Part shown: positions 1 to 10,941 of the stretch, piece by piece
Position numbering within the stretch: position 1 is the first letter of the stretch
Layout of the letters: every line of letters starts with the position of its first letter
NCBI GenBank assembly: GCA_963743915.1
Contig: CAVURN010000001.1
Span: 704,001-768,000, forward strand
Length of the DNA stretch: 64,000 nucleotides
Direction: 5' to 3'
Source of the DNA: an uncultured Actinomycetota bacterium
GTDB lineage: Bacteria > Actinomycetota > Actinomycetes > JAHEKZ01
Notes under the pieces: generated by a model
Databases searched by the model: none
Told to the model about the DNA's origin: nothing
What the model saw: the letters and a program-made list of their open reading frames with translations, nothing else
Translations under genes and position numbers: made by a program

Positions 1-126
1 CGGGCGAACTGGAAGGCCAGTCGTCCCACGATCGTCACCTGCGACCGTTGCCGTGAGCCCAAGCTGCCGCACGTCGCGTGTCCGACCTGCGGCACGTACA
101 ACAAGCGGCAGGTCACGGCCGTCTGA
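1..126 (+). CDS. rpmF: 50S ribosomal protein L32 (5' truncated by window edge)
   Basis: Frame 1 reads [41 protein letters not shown]; CxxC...CxxC zinc ribbon; lies directly upstream of rnc. Confidence 0.93.
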   Translation, partial: RANWKASRPTIVTCDRCREPKLPHVACPTCGTYNKRQVTAV

Positions 127-173
127 GCCGTCCGTCCCGTCACGTGGAGCCCACCCCTGTGCCCGCTCCGGGC

Positions 174-923
174 ATGAGCCCGCCTCGGCGTGACGCTGCA
201 CTGCGCGCGCCCGGCGTGCCGTCCTGGCAGGTCGTGCTCGACCTCGCGTTGACCCCTCGGATGCTCGAGCAGGCCCTCACCCACCGTTCCTACGCCTACG
301 AGAACGGCGGACTGCCCACCAACGAGCGTCTGGAGTTCCTCGGGGACGCCGTGCTCGGCCTCGTCGTCACCGAGACGCTGTACCGCGTCCACCCTGACCT
401 TCCCGAGGGGCAGCTGGCCAAGCTCCGCTCGGCCGTGGTGAACATGAGGGCGCTCGCCGGGGTCGCCCGCCGACTGGGCCTCGGGGAGCACCTCCACCTC
501 GGCAAGGGCGAGGAGGCCACCGGTGGCCGGGACAAGGCGTCGATCCTGGCCGACGGTGTGGAGGCGCTGATCGGCGCCGTGTACCTCGACCTCGGGACGG
601 AGGTGGCCACCACCTTCGTGCACCGGCTGGTCGACCCCCTGCTGGAACAGGCGCAGCACCTGGGCGCAGGTCTGGACTGGAAGACCAGCCTGCAGGAGCT
701 CACGGCGACGCTCGACCTCGGCGTGCCCGAGTACCGCATCACCGAGTCCGGCCCTGACCACGCCAAGGCCTTCGTCGCGACCGTCGTGCTCAAGGACGGG
801 TCGCACGGCAGCGGGCAGGGACATTCCAAGAAGGAGGCCGAGCAGGAGGCGGCGGCCGCCACCTGGGAGCTCTTGGCCGGCCGCTCCGCGGAGGCGCTGC
901 CCGCTCCCGACACCGGTGCCTGA
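174..923 (+). CDS. rnc: Ribonuclease III
   Basis: ALTHRSY and [12 protein letters not shown] signature; C-terminal dsRBD (DWKTSLQE...GPDHAK...SKKEAEQ). Start uncertain; ATG 174 chosen. Confidence 0.95.
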   Translation: MSPPRRDAALRAPGVPSWQVVLDLALTPRMLEQALTHRSYAYENGGLPTNERLEFLGDAVLGLVVTETLYRVHPDLPEGQLAKLRSAVVNMRALAGVARRLGLGEHLHLGKGEEATGGRDKASILADGVEALIGAVYLDLGTEVATTFVHRLVDPLLEQAQHLGAGLDWKTSLQELTATLDLGVPEYRITESGPDHAKAFVATVVLKDGSHGSGQGHSKKEAEQEAAAATWELLAGRSAEALPAPDTGA

Positions 924-1812
924 GCTCCCAGAGGTCGAGACCGTCCGGCGTGGCCTGGTGGCCCACCTCGAGGGCCGTCTCATCGATCAGGCGTGGGTGC
1001 ACCACCCGCGTGCGGCGCGCCGGCACGATCTCGGGCCGGCCCATCTGGAGCAGTGGCTGCGCGGGCGACGCATCACTGCCGTCGACCGGCGGGGCAAGTA
1101 CCTGTGGTGCGTGCTCGACGCCGCTCCCGCATCCGTCGGCAGCGACGTCCTGGTCGCCCATCTCGGCATGAGCGGGCAGTTCCGTGTCACCGACGAGCGG
1201 TTGGAGGCGCACCCGCACCTGCGCCTCGACCTGCACCTCGACGACGGGCGCTGGCTCTCGTTCCTGGACCAGCGCACGTTCGGGGGAGTGGCCGGTGACG
1301 TCCTGGCGCTCGATGCCGAGGGGGTCCGAGCCGTTCCGACGCGCCTGGCGCACCTGGGTGCCGACCCCTTCGAGCCTGTCTTCGACGCGAGAGCGGCAGC
1401 CGGACGGATCCGCCGTCGACACACCGAGGTGAAGCGGGCGCTGCTCGACCAGACCCTCGTGTCCGGCATCGGCAACATCTACGCCGACGAGTCCCTGTGG
1501 CGGGCCCGGGTGCATCCCCGCCGGGTCACCGACCGGCTCAGCCGCGCCGTCCTGACCAGCCTGCTCGACGCAGCCCGTGACGTCATGGCCGAGGCGCTCG
1601 AGAAAGGTGGCACGTCGTTCGATGCGCTCTACGTCGACGTCAACGGCTCCAGCGGCTACTTCGAACGCTCTCTCGACGTCTACGGCCGCGAGGACGCCCC
1701 CTGCCATCGCTGTGGGACGCCGGTGCGCCGCTTGAGCTTCATGAACCGGTCTTCGTACGTGTGCCCGCGCTGTCAGCGTGGTCCTCGCGCCACGACGGGC
1801 GCCCCGGGCTAG
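916..1812 (+). CDS. mutM: Formamidopyrimidine-DNA glycosylase (Fpg)
   Basis: N-terminal [30 protein letters not shown]-terminal CxxC..CPRCQ zinc finger. Confidence 0.97.
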   Translation: MPELPEVETVRRGLVAHLEGRLIDQAWVHHPRAARRHDLGPAHLEQWLRGRRITAVDRRGKYLWCVLDAAPASVGSDVLVAHLGMSGQFRVTDERLEAHPHLRLDLHLDDGRWLSFLDQRTFGGVAGDVLALDAEGVRAVPTRLAHLGADPFEPVFDARAAAGRIRRRHTEVKRALLDQTLVSGIGNIYADESLWRARVHPRRVTDRLSRAVLTSLLDAARDVMAEALEKGGTSFDALYVDVNGSSGYFERSLDVYGREDAPCHRCGTPVRRLSFMNRSSYVCPRCQRGPRATTGAPG

Positions 1813-2024
1813 GTCTCCGGGGCGGCGCTACGCCGTCCGGGTGAGCCGGCCCGCGGGCGACCGTGACCTCTTCTTGACCTGCTCGTAGCCGGGATGTCAC
1901 TCTGGACGACGCCTCCCCCCGCCGATCCGGCGACCAGAGTGAGGCTGCCCGTGCCACCAGCACGGAGTGCAGTTCCACAGGACCGGCGCAGCACCTGCAC
2001 CGGAGAGACGAAGGGCCCGCAGTC

Positions 2025-2237
2025 ATGGCGAAGGCGATCCTCGGCCACGTGGGGGGCGTCGACCCCCGGATGCTCGCAGAGATCGCAGTCCTCCGTCGAC
2101 GGGTGCGCGAGCTGCAGGCCGAGGTCGAGCGCCTCGCCGCCGAGAACGCGGCTCTGCTCAGCGTGGGCGCCATGCCCGAGGAGATCATCTCCCTCGATGC
2201 CCCCCACGCCGAGCGTTCCACTCCCGCCCTCGCCTGA
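2025..2237 (+). CDS. Small coiled-coil hypothetical protein
   Basis: MAKAILGHVGGVDPRMLAEIAVLRRRVRELQAEVERLAAEN; heptad pattern and GC3-rich codons; resembles small actinobacterial proteins found near mutM/smc. Confidence 0.75.
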   Translation: MAKAILGHVGGVDPRMLAEIAVLRRRVRELQAEVERLAAENAALLSVGAMPEEIISLDAPHAERSTPALA

Positions 2238-2341
2238 CGGCCCTCCACCGAAGCCGTGTCAGTGCCCGGCTCTTGACCACCCGTCGCTAGGCTGCCTCGC
2301 AGCACTGCCGGCTCGCATCGCCTAGCGGAGGACCTCCCCCG

Positions 2342-5300
2342 GTGTACCTGAAGACGCTCACCCTGCGCGGGTTCAAGTCGTTCGCGTCCGCCACCACCCT
2401 GCGTTTCGAGCCCGGCATCACCTGCGTCGTCGGCCCCAACGGGTCCGGCAAGTCCAACGTCGTCGATGCGCTCTCGTGGGTCATGGGCGAGCAGGGCGCC
2501 AAGAGCCTGCGCGGCGGCAAGATGGAGGACGTCATCTTCGCCGGCACGTCCGGGCGTCCACCGCTCGGGCGGGCCGAGGTGGTGCTCACCATCGACAACG
2601 CCGACGGTGCCCTCCCGATCGAGTACACCGAGGTCACGATCTCGCGGACCATGTTCCGCAACGGAGGCTCCGAGTACGCGATCAACGGCGAGGCGTGCCG
2701 GCTGCTCGACGTGCAGGAGCTGCTCTCCGACTCCGGTATCGGGCGCGAGATGCACGTGATCGTCGGACAGGGCCAGCTCGACTCGGTGCTGTCCGCGACC
2801 CCGGAGGACCGTCGCGGTTTCATCGAGGAAGCCGCCGGCGTCCTCAAGCACCGCAAGCGCAAGGAGAAGGCCCTTCGCAAGCTCGATGCGATGGAGGCCA
2901 ACCTCGTCCGGCTCACCGACCTCACCGTGGAGCTGCGACGACAGCTGAAGCCGTTGGGTCGACAGGCCGAGGTGGCGCGCAGGGCCAGCGTCATCCAGGC
3001 CGAGGTGCGCGACGCCCGGTTGCGACTGCTCGCCGACGACCTCGCCGCCTTCCGCGTCGCCCTCGAGCAGGAGGTCGCCGACGAGAACGCGCTGCTGAAG
3101 CTGCGCTCGGAGGCTGAGGCCGCCCTGGCCACCTCGCAGCAGCGCGAGCTCGAGCTCGAGACAGCCGTGGCAGGCACGCTGCCCGCGCTCACCGACGCCC
3201 AGGAGACCTGGTTCCGCCTCGCTGGGCTCCGCGACCGCTTCAGGGGTCTCGCGTCGCTGGCCACCGAGCGGGTGCGGTTCGCCGCCGAGGTGCCCACCCA
3301 GCACGTCTCGGGCCGCGAGCCGGAGGACATGGAGCGCGAGGCCGAGGAGATCCGGCAGCAGGAGCGCGAGCTGGAGGGGACGGTCGCGCGCGACCGGGCA
3401 GGACTGACGCAGGCGGAGCAGCAGCGGCTGGAGGCGGAGAGCGCGCTGTCAGCCGAGGAGTCCCACATCGCCGGCCAGCTGCGGGCGATCGCGGATCGAC
3501 GCGAGGGCATGGCCCAGCTGGCGGGGAAGGTCGCGGCCGCGCGCACCAGCGTCGAGTCGGCAGCGGCCGAGCGGGAGCGGCTCACCGCCTCGCTGGTCGA
3601 GGCCCGCCAGCGAGCCTCAGTGGCCCACGAGGAGTTCGCGGCGTTGGAGACCCAGATCGCCGGTCTCGATGACGGTGAGGTCGACCTCGACGGCGAGTTC
3701 GAGGCGGCGTCGGCCGCCCACGCCCAGGCGCAGGAGAAGGTGGCAGCGCTGCGCGAGGAGGAGCGGACCGCCGAGCAGGAACGCGCTGCGCTGACGGCGC
3801 GCAAGGAGGCGCTGCAGCTCGGGCTCGACCGCAGGGACGGCTCGGCGGCGCTGCTGGCGGCCAGCGAGCCGGTCTCCGGCCTGCTCGGCTCGGTCGCTGC
3901 GATCCTCACCATCGAGCCGGGCTCCGAGGCGGCCCTGGCGGCGGCCCTCGGGATGGCTGCCGACGCGGTGGCCATGGAGTCCTTGGCCAGCGCGATCGAC
4001 GCGCTCGAGCTGCTCAAGCGCGAGGACGCCGGACGCGCCGCCCTGTTCATCGGGTCGAGCCTGGTCGGTGGCGGCAGCGAGCACGGCTCGACCGGCTGGC
4101 CGACGTTGCCCGCGCACGCCGCGTACGCGGTCGACCTGGTGCAGGCGCCCGCCGAGGTGCGTCCGGCGTTGCGCCGCCTCCTGGAACGGGTCGCTGTGGT
4201 CGACACCCTCGAGCAGGCCCGCCTCCTGGTCGAGGCCCAAGGCCGTGGCGACGCCGGTGTCGTGGCAGTGACGCGGGACGGCGACCTGCTGGGCGCGACC
4301 TTCGTGCAGGGCGGCTCGTCCCACGCTCCGAGCCTGCTCGAGGTGCAGGCAGCGGTCGACGAGGCCGCCGAGCAGCTGGTCGCGACCACCCACCGCTGCG
4401 AGCGGCTCCGCTTCGCACTCACGCAGGCGACCGCCGCCGAGCAGCAGGCCCACGAGCGCGTCGAGGCGGTGCTGGCCCGGCTGCACGAGTCGGACGCCCG
4501 ACTGTCCGCGGTCGCCGAGCAGCTCGGCCACCTCGGATCCGCAGCCCGGGCCGCCGCAGCCGAGGCGACGCGTCTCGAGACGGCGATCGCCGCGGCCACC
4601 GACCGCCACGACGATGCCCTGCGCTCGCTGGACGAGCTGCAGACCCGGCTCGCCACAGCCGAGGCCGCCCCGGACGTCGATGAGCCCGACACCGCCCTGC
4701 GGGACTCGCTGGCCGAACGACTCGTCGCGGCACGGGAGACCGAGACCGAGGCACGGCTCGCCGTCCGCACCGGGGAGGAGCGGGCCCGGGCCCTCCACGG
4801 TCGCGCCGACCAGCTCGAGCGAGCCGCCGCGGCCGAGCGGACGGCGCGCGAGGAGGCCCGTCGGCTCGCCGAGCGCGCAGCACGCGAGGCAGAGGTGGCC
4901 CGCGCCGTGCTGCGCGGCTGCGAGATCGTCGCAGGGCGTCTCGACCGTTCGCTGCGTGACGCCGCTGCTGCGCGCACCGCGGCCGAGCACGGCCGCACCG
5001 TGCTCGAGGCTGAGCTGCTCGACGTCCGGGCCAAGTCCCGGACGATCGCCGAGGAGCTCGAGCAGCTGACCGACTCGGTGCACCGCGACGAGGTCGCCCG
5101 CACCGAGCAGCGGCTCCGCATCGAGCAGGTCGAGGCGCGGGCGATGGAGGAGTTCGGCACCGACGCTGACACGCTGGTCGCCGAGTACGGACCCGAGCAG
5201 CTCGTGCCGCCACCGCCGCTCGCACCGGAGGAGGTGGAGCCGGAACCTCCCCGCCAGCCGGTGCCCTTCGTGCGCGTCGAGCAGGAGAAGCGGCTGAAGC

Positions 5301-5932
5301 TGGCCGAGCGCAACCTTGCCCTTCTGGGCAAGGTGAACCCACTTGCGCTCGAGGAGTTCTCGGCCATGGAGGAACGTCACCAGTTCCTCACCGAGCAGCT
5401 CGAGGACCTCAAGAAGACCAAGCGTGACCTGCTCGAGATCGTGCGCGAGGTCGACGAACGCGTCGAGCAGGTGTTCACCGAGGCGTACCAGGACGTCGCG
5501 CGCGAGTTCGTCGAGGTGTTCGCCCGGCTGTTCCCCGGTGGCGAGGGCAAGCTGGTGCTCACCGACCCGTCCGACATGCTCGCCACCGGCGTCGACATCG
5601 AGGCTCGCCCTCCGGGCAAGAAGGTCAAGCGGCTGTCGCTGCTCTCCGGCGGCGAGCGCTCACTGACGGCGGTCGCCTTCCTGGTGGCGCTGTTCAAGGC
5701 GCGGCCGAGCCCGTTCTACGTCCTCGACGAGGTCGAGGCCGCCCTCGACGACACCAACCTCGGTCGCCTCCTCGACATCTACGAAGAGCTGCGCGAAAAC
5801 AGCCAGCTGATCGTCATCACGCACCAGAAGCGCACGATGGAGGTCGCGGATGCGCTCTACGGCGTCTCGATGCGCGGTGACGGTGTGAGTGCGGTCATCA
5901 GCCAACGGCTCCGCGAGGCCGAGTCTGCCTAG
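2342..5932 (+). CDS. smc: Chromosome segregation protein SMC
   Basis: GFKSFA, Walker A GPNGSGKSN, long coiled coils with hinge, LSGGE signature, LDEVEAALD, VITHQK. Confidence 0.98.
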   Translation: MYLKTLTLRGFKSFASATTLRFEPGITCVVGPNGSGKSNVVDALSWVMGEQGAKSLRGGKMEDVIFAGTSGRPPLGRAEVVLTIDNADGALPIEYTEVTISRTMFRNGGSEYAINGEACRLLDVQELLSDSGIGREMHVIVGQGQLDSVLSATPEDRRGFIEEAAGVLKHRKRKEKALRKLDAMEANLVRLTDLTVELRRQLKPLGRQAEVARRASVIQAEVRDARLRLLADDLAAFRVALEQEVADENALLKLRSEAEAALATSQQRELELETAVAGTLPALTDAQETWFRLAGLRDRFRGLASLATERVRFAAEVPTQHVSGREPEDMEREAEEIRQQERELEGTVARDRAGLTQAEQQRLEAESALSAEESHIAGQLRAIADRREGMAQLAGKVAAARTSVESAAAERERLTASLVEARQRASVAHEEFAALETQIAGLDDGEVDLDGEFEAASAAHAQAQEKVAALREEERTAEQERAALTARKEALQLGLDRRDGSAALLAASEPVSGLLGSVAAILTIEPGSEAALAAALGMAADAVAMESLASAIDALELLKREDAGRAALFIGSSLVGGGSEHGSTGWPTLPAHAAYAVDLVQAPAEVRPALRRLLERVAVVDTLEQARLLVEAQGRGDAGVVAVTRDGDLLGATFVQGGSSHAPSLLEVQAAVDEAAEQLVATTHRCERLRFALTQATAAEQQAHERVEAVLARLHESDARLSAVAEQLGHLGSAARAAAAEATRLETAIAAATDRHDDALRSLDELQTRLATAEAAPDVDEPDTALRDSLAERLVAARETETEARLAVRTGEERARALHGRADQLERAAAAERTAREEARRLAERAAREAEVARAVLRGCEIVAGRLDRSLRDAAAARTAAEHGRTVLEAELLDVRAKSRTIAEELEQLTDSVHRDEVARTEQRLRIEQVEARAMEEFGTDADTLVAEYGPEQLVPPPPLAPEEVEPEPPRQPVPFVRVEQEKRLKLAERNLALLGKVNPLALEEFSAMEERHQFLTEQLEDLKKTKRDLLEIVREVDERVEQVFTEAYQDVAREFVEVFARLFPGGEGKLVLTDPSDMLATGVDIEARPPGKKVKRLSLLSGGERSLTAVAFLVALFKARPSPFYVLDEVEAALDDTNLGRLLDIYEELRENSQLIVITHQKRTMEVADALYGVSMRGDGVSAVISQRLREAESA

Positions 5933-5959
5933 TCGTCGGGGCGCGTCGGTCGTGACGGC

Positions 5960-6310
5960 ATGACTCAGCGGTCGCTCGTCACCTTCGTGTCCGTGGGCCT
6001 CGCGGTCTTCGCGGGATTCGTGCTGCAGGCGATGGCACTGGTCGCCGTGGGACGGGACGCGCCTCCCGTCCCGTTGCTCCTGCTGCTGACCCCGGTGCCG
6101 GCGGTGGCGGCGACCCTCGTCTTCGGGGTGCTGACCCGGTTCGAGGGAGGTCGCCAGGGTCTCGCGCTCACCGCGGTGTTCCTCGGCAGCCTTGCCGCCA
6201 CGGTCGTCTTCCCGTTTCTCGGCCTGGTCGGGTTGTTCCTCACCATGGCCGCCGCCGGCGGCACCGCGGTGCTGGCGCGTCGTCTGCTCGTGCCTCCTCC
6301 CGGGGCGTGA
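5960..6310 (+). CDS. Small membrane protein (about 4 TM), function unknown
   Basis: 116 aa, almost entirely hydrophobic; fills the gap between smc and ftsY. Confidence 0.6.
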   Translation: MTQRSLVTFVSVGLAVFAGFVLQAMALVAVGRDAPPVPLLLLLTPVPAVAATLVFGVLTRFEGGRQGLALTAVFLGSLAATVVFPFLGLVGLFLTMAAAGGTAVLARRLLVPPPGA

Positions 6311-6339
6311 CCCGCCCCCTGCTCTGACATGCTCATCGG

Positions 6340-7488
6340 GTGGATCCGATCACCCTTGTCATCGTCGTTGCCGTCGCCCTGGTGTTGCTCGTCGTCGGCC
6401 TGCTGGCGTTCCGTACCGGGACACGAACCCGCACACGGGCTGGTGAGCGGCCGACCACCACCCACGTTCCCGGCGTCGGGGACGACGCGTCCGAGCCGCG
6501 GGACACCCCTACCCGCACCATCGCGACCGTCGAGCTGCCCGAGTCCGCTGGTGAAGGTGGTGTCGGCCTGCTGGAGCGCCCGACACCGGCGGCCGGACGC
6601 ATGGCGCGCCTGCGCGAGCGGCTCGCCGGGTCGGGTGGTCTCGGAAGGGGGATTCTCGCCCTGCTGACCCGCTCGGACGTCGACGAGCAGACGTGGGAGG
6701 AGATCGAGGACACGTTGATCGGTGCGGATCTCGGTGTCTCTGTCGCCGCCGAGGTCGTCGAGCGGCTGCGCACGGCCGTCCGGGTGGAGCCCGACACCGG
6801 CGCCCGCGAGCTGCTCCGCCGCGAGCTGCTCACACTCGTCGACCCGGCGCTGGACCGTTCCCTCACGGTGGAGACACCCGGGCGGCCGGCGGTCGTGCTC
6901 GTCGTGGGTGTGAACGGCACCGGCAAGACGACCACGACCGGCAAGCTCGCCCGCGTCCTCGTCGCCGAGGACCGTGACGTCGTGCTCGGTGCCGCCGACA
7001 CGTTCCGAGCGGCCGCGGCCGACCAGCTGCAGACGTGGGGAGACCGGGTCGGCGTGCCCGTGATCCGCGGTCCCGAGGGTGGTGACCCGGCGAGCGTGGC
7101 GTTCGACGCGGTCAGTGCTGCTGTCGAGACCGAGGCCGACGTGCTGCTGGTGGACACCGCAGGGCGGTTGCACACCAAGACCGGACTCATGGACGAGCTC
7201 GGCAAGGTCAAGCGGGTGATCGAGAAGAAGCTCCCGGTCGACGAGGTCCTGCTCGTGCTCGACGCGACGACCGGCCAGAACGGGATGACGCAGGCGAAGG
7301 TCTTCGGTGAGGTGGTGGACGTCACCGGTGTCGTGCTCACCAAGCTCGACGGCACCGCCAAGGGCGGGATCGTCATCTCGGTGCAACGCGAGCTCGGCGT
7401 CCCCGTCAAGCTCGTCGGACTCGGTGAGGGCGCGGACGATCTCGCCCCCTTCGATCCGGAGGTCTTCGTCGACGCGCTGCTCGGCTGA
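6340..7488 (+). CDS. ftsY: Signal recognition particle receptor FtsY
   Basis: N-terminal TM; GVNGTGKTTT, DTFRAAA, DTAGR, TKLDGTAKGG SRP-GTPase motifs. Confidence 0.97.
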   Translation: MDPITLVIVVAVALVLLVVGLLAFRTGTRTRTRAGERPTTTHVPGVGDDASEPRDTPTRTIATVELPESAGEGGVGLLERPTPAAGRMARLRERLAGSGGLGRGILALLTRSDVDEQTWEEIEDTLIGADLGVSVAAEVVERLRTAVRVEPDTGARELLRRELLTLVDPALDRSLTVETPGRPAVVLVVGVNGTGKTTTTGKLARVLVAEDRDVVLGAADTFRAAAADQLQTWGDRVGVPVIRGPEGGDPASVAFDAVSAAVETEADVLLVDTAGRLHTKTGLMDELGKVKRVIEKKLPVDEVLLVLDATTGQNGMTQAKVFGEVVDVTGVVLTKLDGTAKGGIVISVQRELGVPVKLVGLGEGADDLAPFDPEVFVDALLG

Positions 7489-7750
7489 GCCGCATCCACG
7501 GTCGAGCCGCGCGGCTCAGGCTGTGCGCGGATCTCGAGCCAGAGCTTCAGCACAGCCTTCAGTAGTCCCTGCACCCGTTGGCCGGCACCCAGACGACGAC
7601 AGCACGCTCGCAACAGTGAAGTCACATGGTTCCCGCCGAGCCACACGAACATCCGTCGCGGGCGCGCTCGAACCGTGTCGGCGAAGAGGGCCGTGACCGT
7701 CCTCCCGGGGCAGATCCAAGACCTCGGTGGAAGAGAGCGAGCCGGGCGGC

Positions 7751-9026
7751 TCACGGCCCGCGGGGAATGCTCTCCATCTGCTGGCCGCGTGGTCCGCGGA
7801 AGAGCACGCCCGCGTCGGTGCCCGCTGCCGTCACCGTGATCGTCCAGCCACCTTCATGGACCAACCGGTGGTGGAACCGGCAGAGCAGCAGCCCGTTGGC
7901 GACATCGGTGGCGCCACCGTCGAGCCAGGAGTGCACATGGTGCGCGTCGGTGAAGGACGGCGGTCGGTGACAACCGGGGAAACGGCAGCCGCCGTCCCGT
8001 AGCGCCAGCAGACGTCGTTGGCTCGGGGAGAAGAGCCGACTGCTGCGTCCGAGCTCGACCGGCAGTCCACCGGGGGCGAGCAGGACACGGCTCACCTGGG
8101 CGTCGCAAGCGATCCGACCGACTCCCACCGGATGGAGCAGAGCGGTGCCGCCGGGCGCCTGCGGAAGGAGACCTGCACCCGGGAAGAGCGTGCGGGACGA
8201 GGGCGCCGCATCATCTTGAGTACTTGTCGTCGGGGTGGTCATCAGTACCTGCAGGTGCGGACGCTCCGAGGCGATCTCGGGAAGCCGCCGGTGGTCGCAG
8301 GCGGAGCGGACGATCTCGACGAGTCCGTCGGCCCGCCGCTGCGCGGCACTGCGAAGGTCCTCGGGGCCACCGGGGACGAGGAACGGCTCAAGAGCTGCAG
8401 AGACGAGAGCTGCCGACTCGGGATCGAGCAGACCGTCGACAGCGGTCATCCCGTCGAGCAGCGGGGAGAGCGTGAGGTACCGACGCTCGAACTGACGCTC
8501 AGACTCACGCAGCGTGCCCTCCGGGTCGGTGACGAGGCGCAGGTGACGTCCCGCGGCGCGGATGGCGGTGACGTCGCTCTGCGCGGCAAGGTCGGTCAAG
8601 AGGGCACTGGCCTCCGCCTGGTGCTCGGGCGGCAAATGGCGAACGGCACGCTCCACGGCGCGAAGGTGGTCGTAGGTCAGCTCGCCGTCGCGCATGCGCC
8701 CCACCGCGTTGCCCAGCGGGCCGCGTCCACCGCGAGCGAGCCGGACCCGCTCGGACGCCTCGCCGGGGGCGACACCGCAGCGCTCCACGCAGCCAGCCCT
8801 GGGTGCTCGCCGCGCCGTGCAACAGCTCGCCATCTCCGGCAGCGTCGAAGGTCGCGAGCACGTCGAGCATGGCGGCGTCGACGGCGTCACGCAGCTGCTG
8901 GAGGCCGGCCATCCACGCAGCCCGGTCGTCGGGGGTGGCGCCCAGCGGTTCCCCACCTCGCGTCCACGCGCGGACCTCGCCCAGCACCGCGGTGAGCGGC
9001 TGGGGGAGCGACGGCGGACGGAACAC
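7751..9026 (-). CDS. DUF222 / HNH endonuclease (13E12-repeat-like), frameshifted near 8780
   Basis: C-terminal RDGGCRFPGC...DAHHV..WLDGGATDVANGLLLCRFHHRLVH HNH motif; QRRADGL and RIACDA DUF222 motifs; N-terminus in ORF 8505..9146 frame, remainder in ORF 7751..8956 frame; start uncertain. Confidence 0.85.
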
Positions 9027-9102
9027 GGCGAGACCCTTCGGCAAGGAGGCGGTGGATTCGCCGTGGGTCGATGCGCTGTCGCTGAGTGGTCCGCCAGGGG
9101 AT

Positions 9103-9118
9103 TCGAACGTATGTTCGA
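9103..9118. promoter_or_regulatory. LexA (SOS) box
   Basis: TCGAAC-GTAT-GTTCGA, a perfect match to the actinobacterial consensus TCGAAC-N4-GTTCGA. Confidence 0.85.
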
Positions 9119-9146
9119 TTGTAGAGGGCCCCGGGAGGTGGGTCAA
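9118..9146 (-). promoter_or_regulatory. Sigma-A-type promoter for the DUF222/HNH gene
   Basis: Minus strand TTGACC (9146-9141), 17-nt spacer, TACAAT (9123-9118), abutting the LexA box. Confidence 0.75.
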
Positions 9147-9204
9147 CCCCTTGGGGGAAAGAAGTTACCCTCGTCGGGACACCCCTCCAGCTCGAAGGTT
9201 GCCT

Positions 9205-10767
9205 GTGTTCACCACGCTCCAGGACCGCTTGACCGCGACGTTCAAGAATCTGCGCGGCAAGGGCCGGCTCTCCGACGCCGACATCGACGCCACGCTGCGC
9301 GAGATCCGCGTCGCGCTGCTCGAGGCGGACGTCGCTCTGCCCGTGGTGAAGGAGTTCGTGGCGGCCGTCCGCGAGCGCGCCAAGGGCGAGGAGGTCTCGC
9401 AGGCGCTGAACCCCGCGCAGCAGATCGTGAAGATCGTCAATGACGAGCTCATCACGATCCTCGGCGGCGAGACGCGTCGCATCCGGTTCGCCAAGACCCC
9501 GCCGACCGTGATCATGCTGGCCGGACTCCAGGGCGCCGGGAAGACGACGCTCGCCGGGAAGCTCGCCCTCTGGCTGAAGGGGCAGGGCCACCAGCCCCTG
9601 CTCGTCGCGGCCGACCTGCAGCGCCCCAACGCCGTGCAGCAGCTGCAGGTGGTCGGCGACCGCGCAGATGTGTCGGTGTTCGCCCCCGAGCCGGGCAGCG
9701 GCGTGGGCGACCCGGTGCGCGTGGCGCGCGACTCCCTGGCGTTCGCCCGCGAGAAGCTCTACGACGTCGTGGTCGTCGACACCGCCGGCCGACTCGGTGT
9801 CGACGCCGAGATGATGCAGCAGGCGAGCGACATCCGCGACGCCGTGCAGCCCGACGAGGTGCTCTTCGTCCTCGACGCCATGGTCGGCCAGGACGCGCTG
9901 ACCACCGCCCAGGCCTTCCTCGACGGTGTGGGCTTCGACGGGGTCGTGCTGACCAAGCTCGACGGCGACGCCCGAGGGGGAGCCGCGTTGTCCGTGCGAG
10001 GTGTCACGGGCAAGCCGATCCTCTTCGCCAGCAACGGCGAGAAGCTCGAGGACTTCGACGCGTTCCATCCGGAGCGCATGGCGTCGCGCATCCTCGACAT
10101 GGGTGACCTGCTGACCCTGATCGAGCAGGCCGAGAAGGTCTTCGAGCGCGAGCAGGCCGAGGAGATGGCGGCCAAGCTCGCCACCGGCAAGGAGTTCACG
10201 CTCGAGGACTTCCTCGCGCAGCTGCAGGCCGTCCAGAAGATGGGGTCGATCGGCAAGCTGCTCGGCATGCTCCCCGGCATGGGCGAGCACAAGGAGGCCA
10301 TCGCCAACCTCGACGAGCGGGAGTTCGACCGGCTCCGCGCCATCATCCAGTCCATGACCCCGGCCGAGCGCGCGGACGTGAAGGTGCTGAACGCCTCGCG
10401 TCGGCTGCGCATCGCCCAGGGCTCGGGGACGCAGGTGAGCGACGTCAACCAGCTGGTGACGCGGTTCCTCGAGGCGCGCAAGATGATGGGGCAGATGGCC
10501 AAGGGCGGCGGTCTGCCGGGGATGCCTGGCGGCGGGCTGGGCGGCGCCATGGGTGGTTTCGGCGGAGGCGCCGGGGGCAGCGCCGGCAAGGGCCGGAAGG
10601 CGAAGAAGGGCAAGAAGGCGAAGGGGCGGGTCAGCGGCAACCCGGCGAAGCGGGCCCAGCAGACGGCCCAGCAGGCGGCGGGGCAGGACGCGTCCGAGAC
10701 GGTCGGTCAGCCCGGGTCGCTCGACGAGCTGCCGCCGGAGTTCACCGACCTGCTCAAGGGTTCCTGA
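9205..10767 (+). CDS. ffh: Signal recognition particle protein Ffh
   Basis: GTG start MFTTLQDRL; GLQGAGKTT, DTAGR, TKLDGDARGGAALS; Met-rich M domain. Confidence 0.97.
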   Translation: MFTTLQDRLTATFKNLRGKGRLSDADIDATLREIRVALLEADVALPVVKEFVAAVRERAKGEEVSQALNPAQQIVKIVNDELITILGGETRRIRFAKTPPTVIMLAGLQGAGKTTLAGKLALWLKGQGHQPLLVAADLQRPNAVQQLQVVGDRADVSVFAPEPGSGVGDPVRVARDSLAFAREKLYDVVVVDTAGRLGVDAEMMQQASDIRDAVQPDEVLFVLDAMVGQDALTTAQAFLDGVGFDGVVLTKLDGDARGGAALSVRGVTGKPILFASNGEKLEDFDAFHPERMASRILDMGDLLTLIEQAEKVFEREQAEEMAAKLATGKEFTLEDFLAQLQAVQKMGSIGKLLGMLPGMGEHKEAIANLDEREFDRLRAIIQSMTPAERADVKVLNASRRLRIAQGSGTQVSDVNQLVTRFLEARKMMGQMAKGGGLPGMPGGGLGGAMGGFGGGAGGSAGKGRKAKKGKKAKGRVSGNPAKRAQQTAQQAAGQDASETVGQPGSLDELPPEFTDLLKGS

Positions 10768-10941
10768 GCCCGGCCCGGTTTGGGGAGCGGCCGCCCGGCT
10801 CTGGCAGACTTGCGGGCTGTACCCGACGGACCAGCGGCCCTCTCTCCGCTGACATCCGACGAGTCCCCTTGCATCGCCTGAGGCAACCCCACGCCATCGG
10901 GACGCCGCAAGACCCTCGAAGAACCAGGAGCTCCTGCCACC

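Noticed and set aside
2287-5380. Very long antisense and alternative-frame ORFs (also 8887-12198, 16237-19440, 44181-46700 and others)
   Set aside because: Shadow ORFs typical of high-GC DNA opposite well-supported genes; no recognisable motifs
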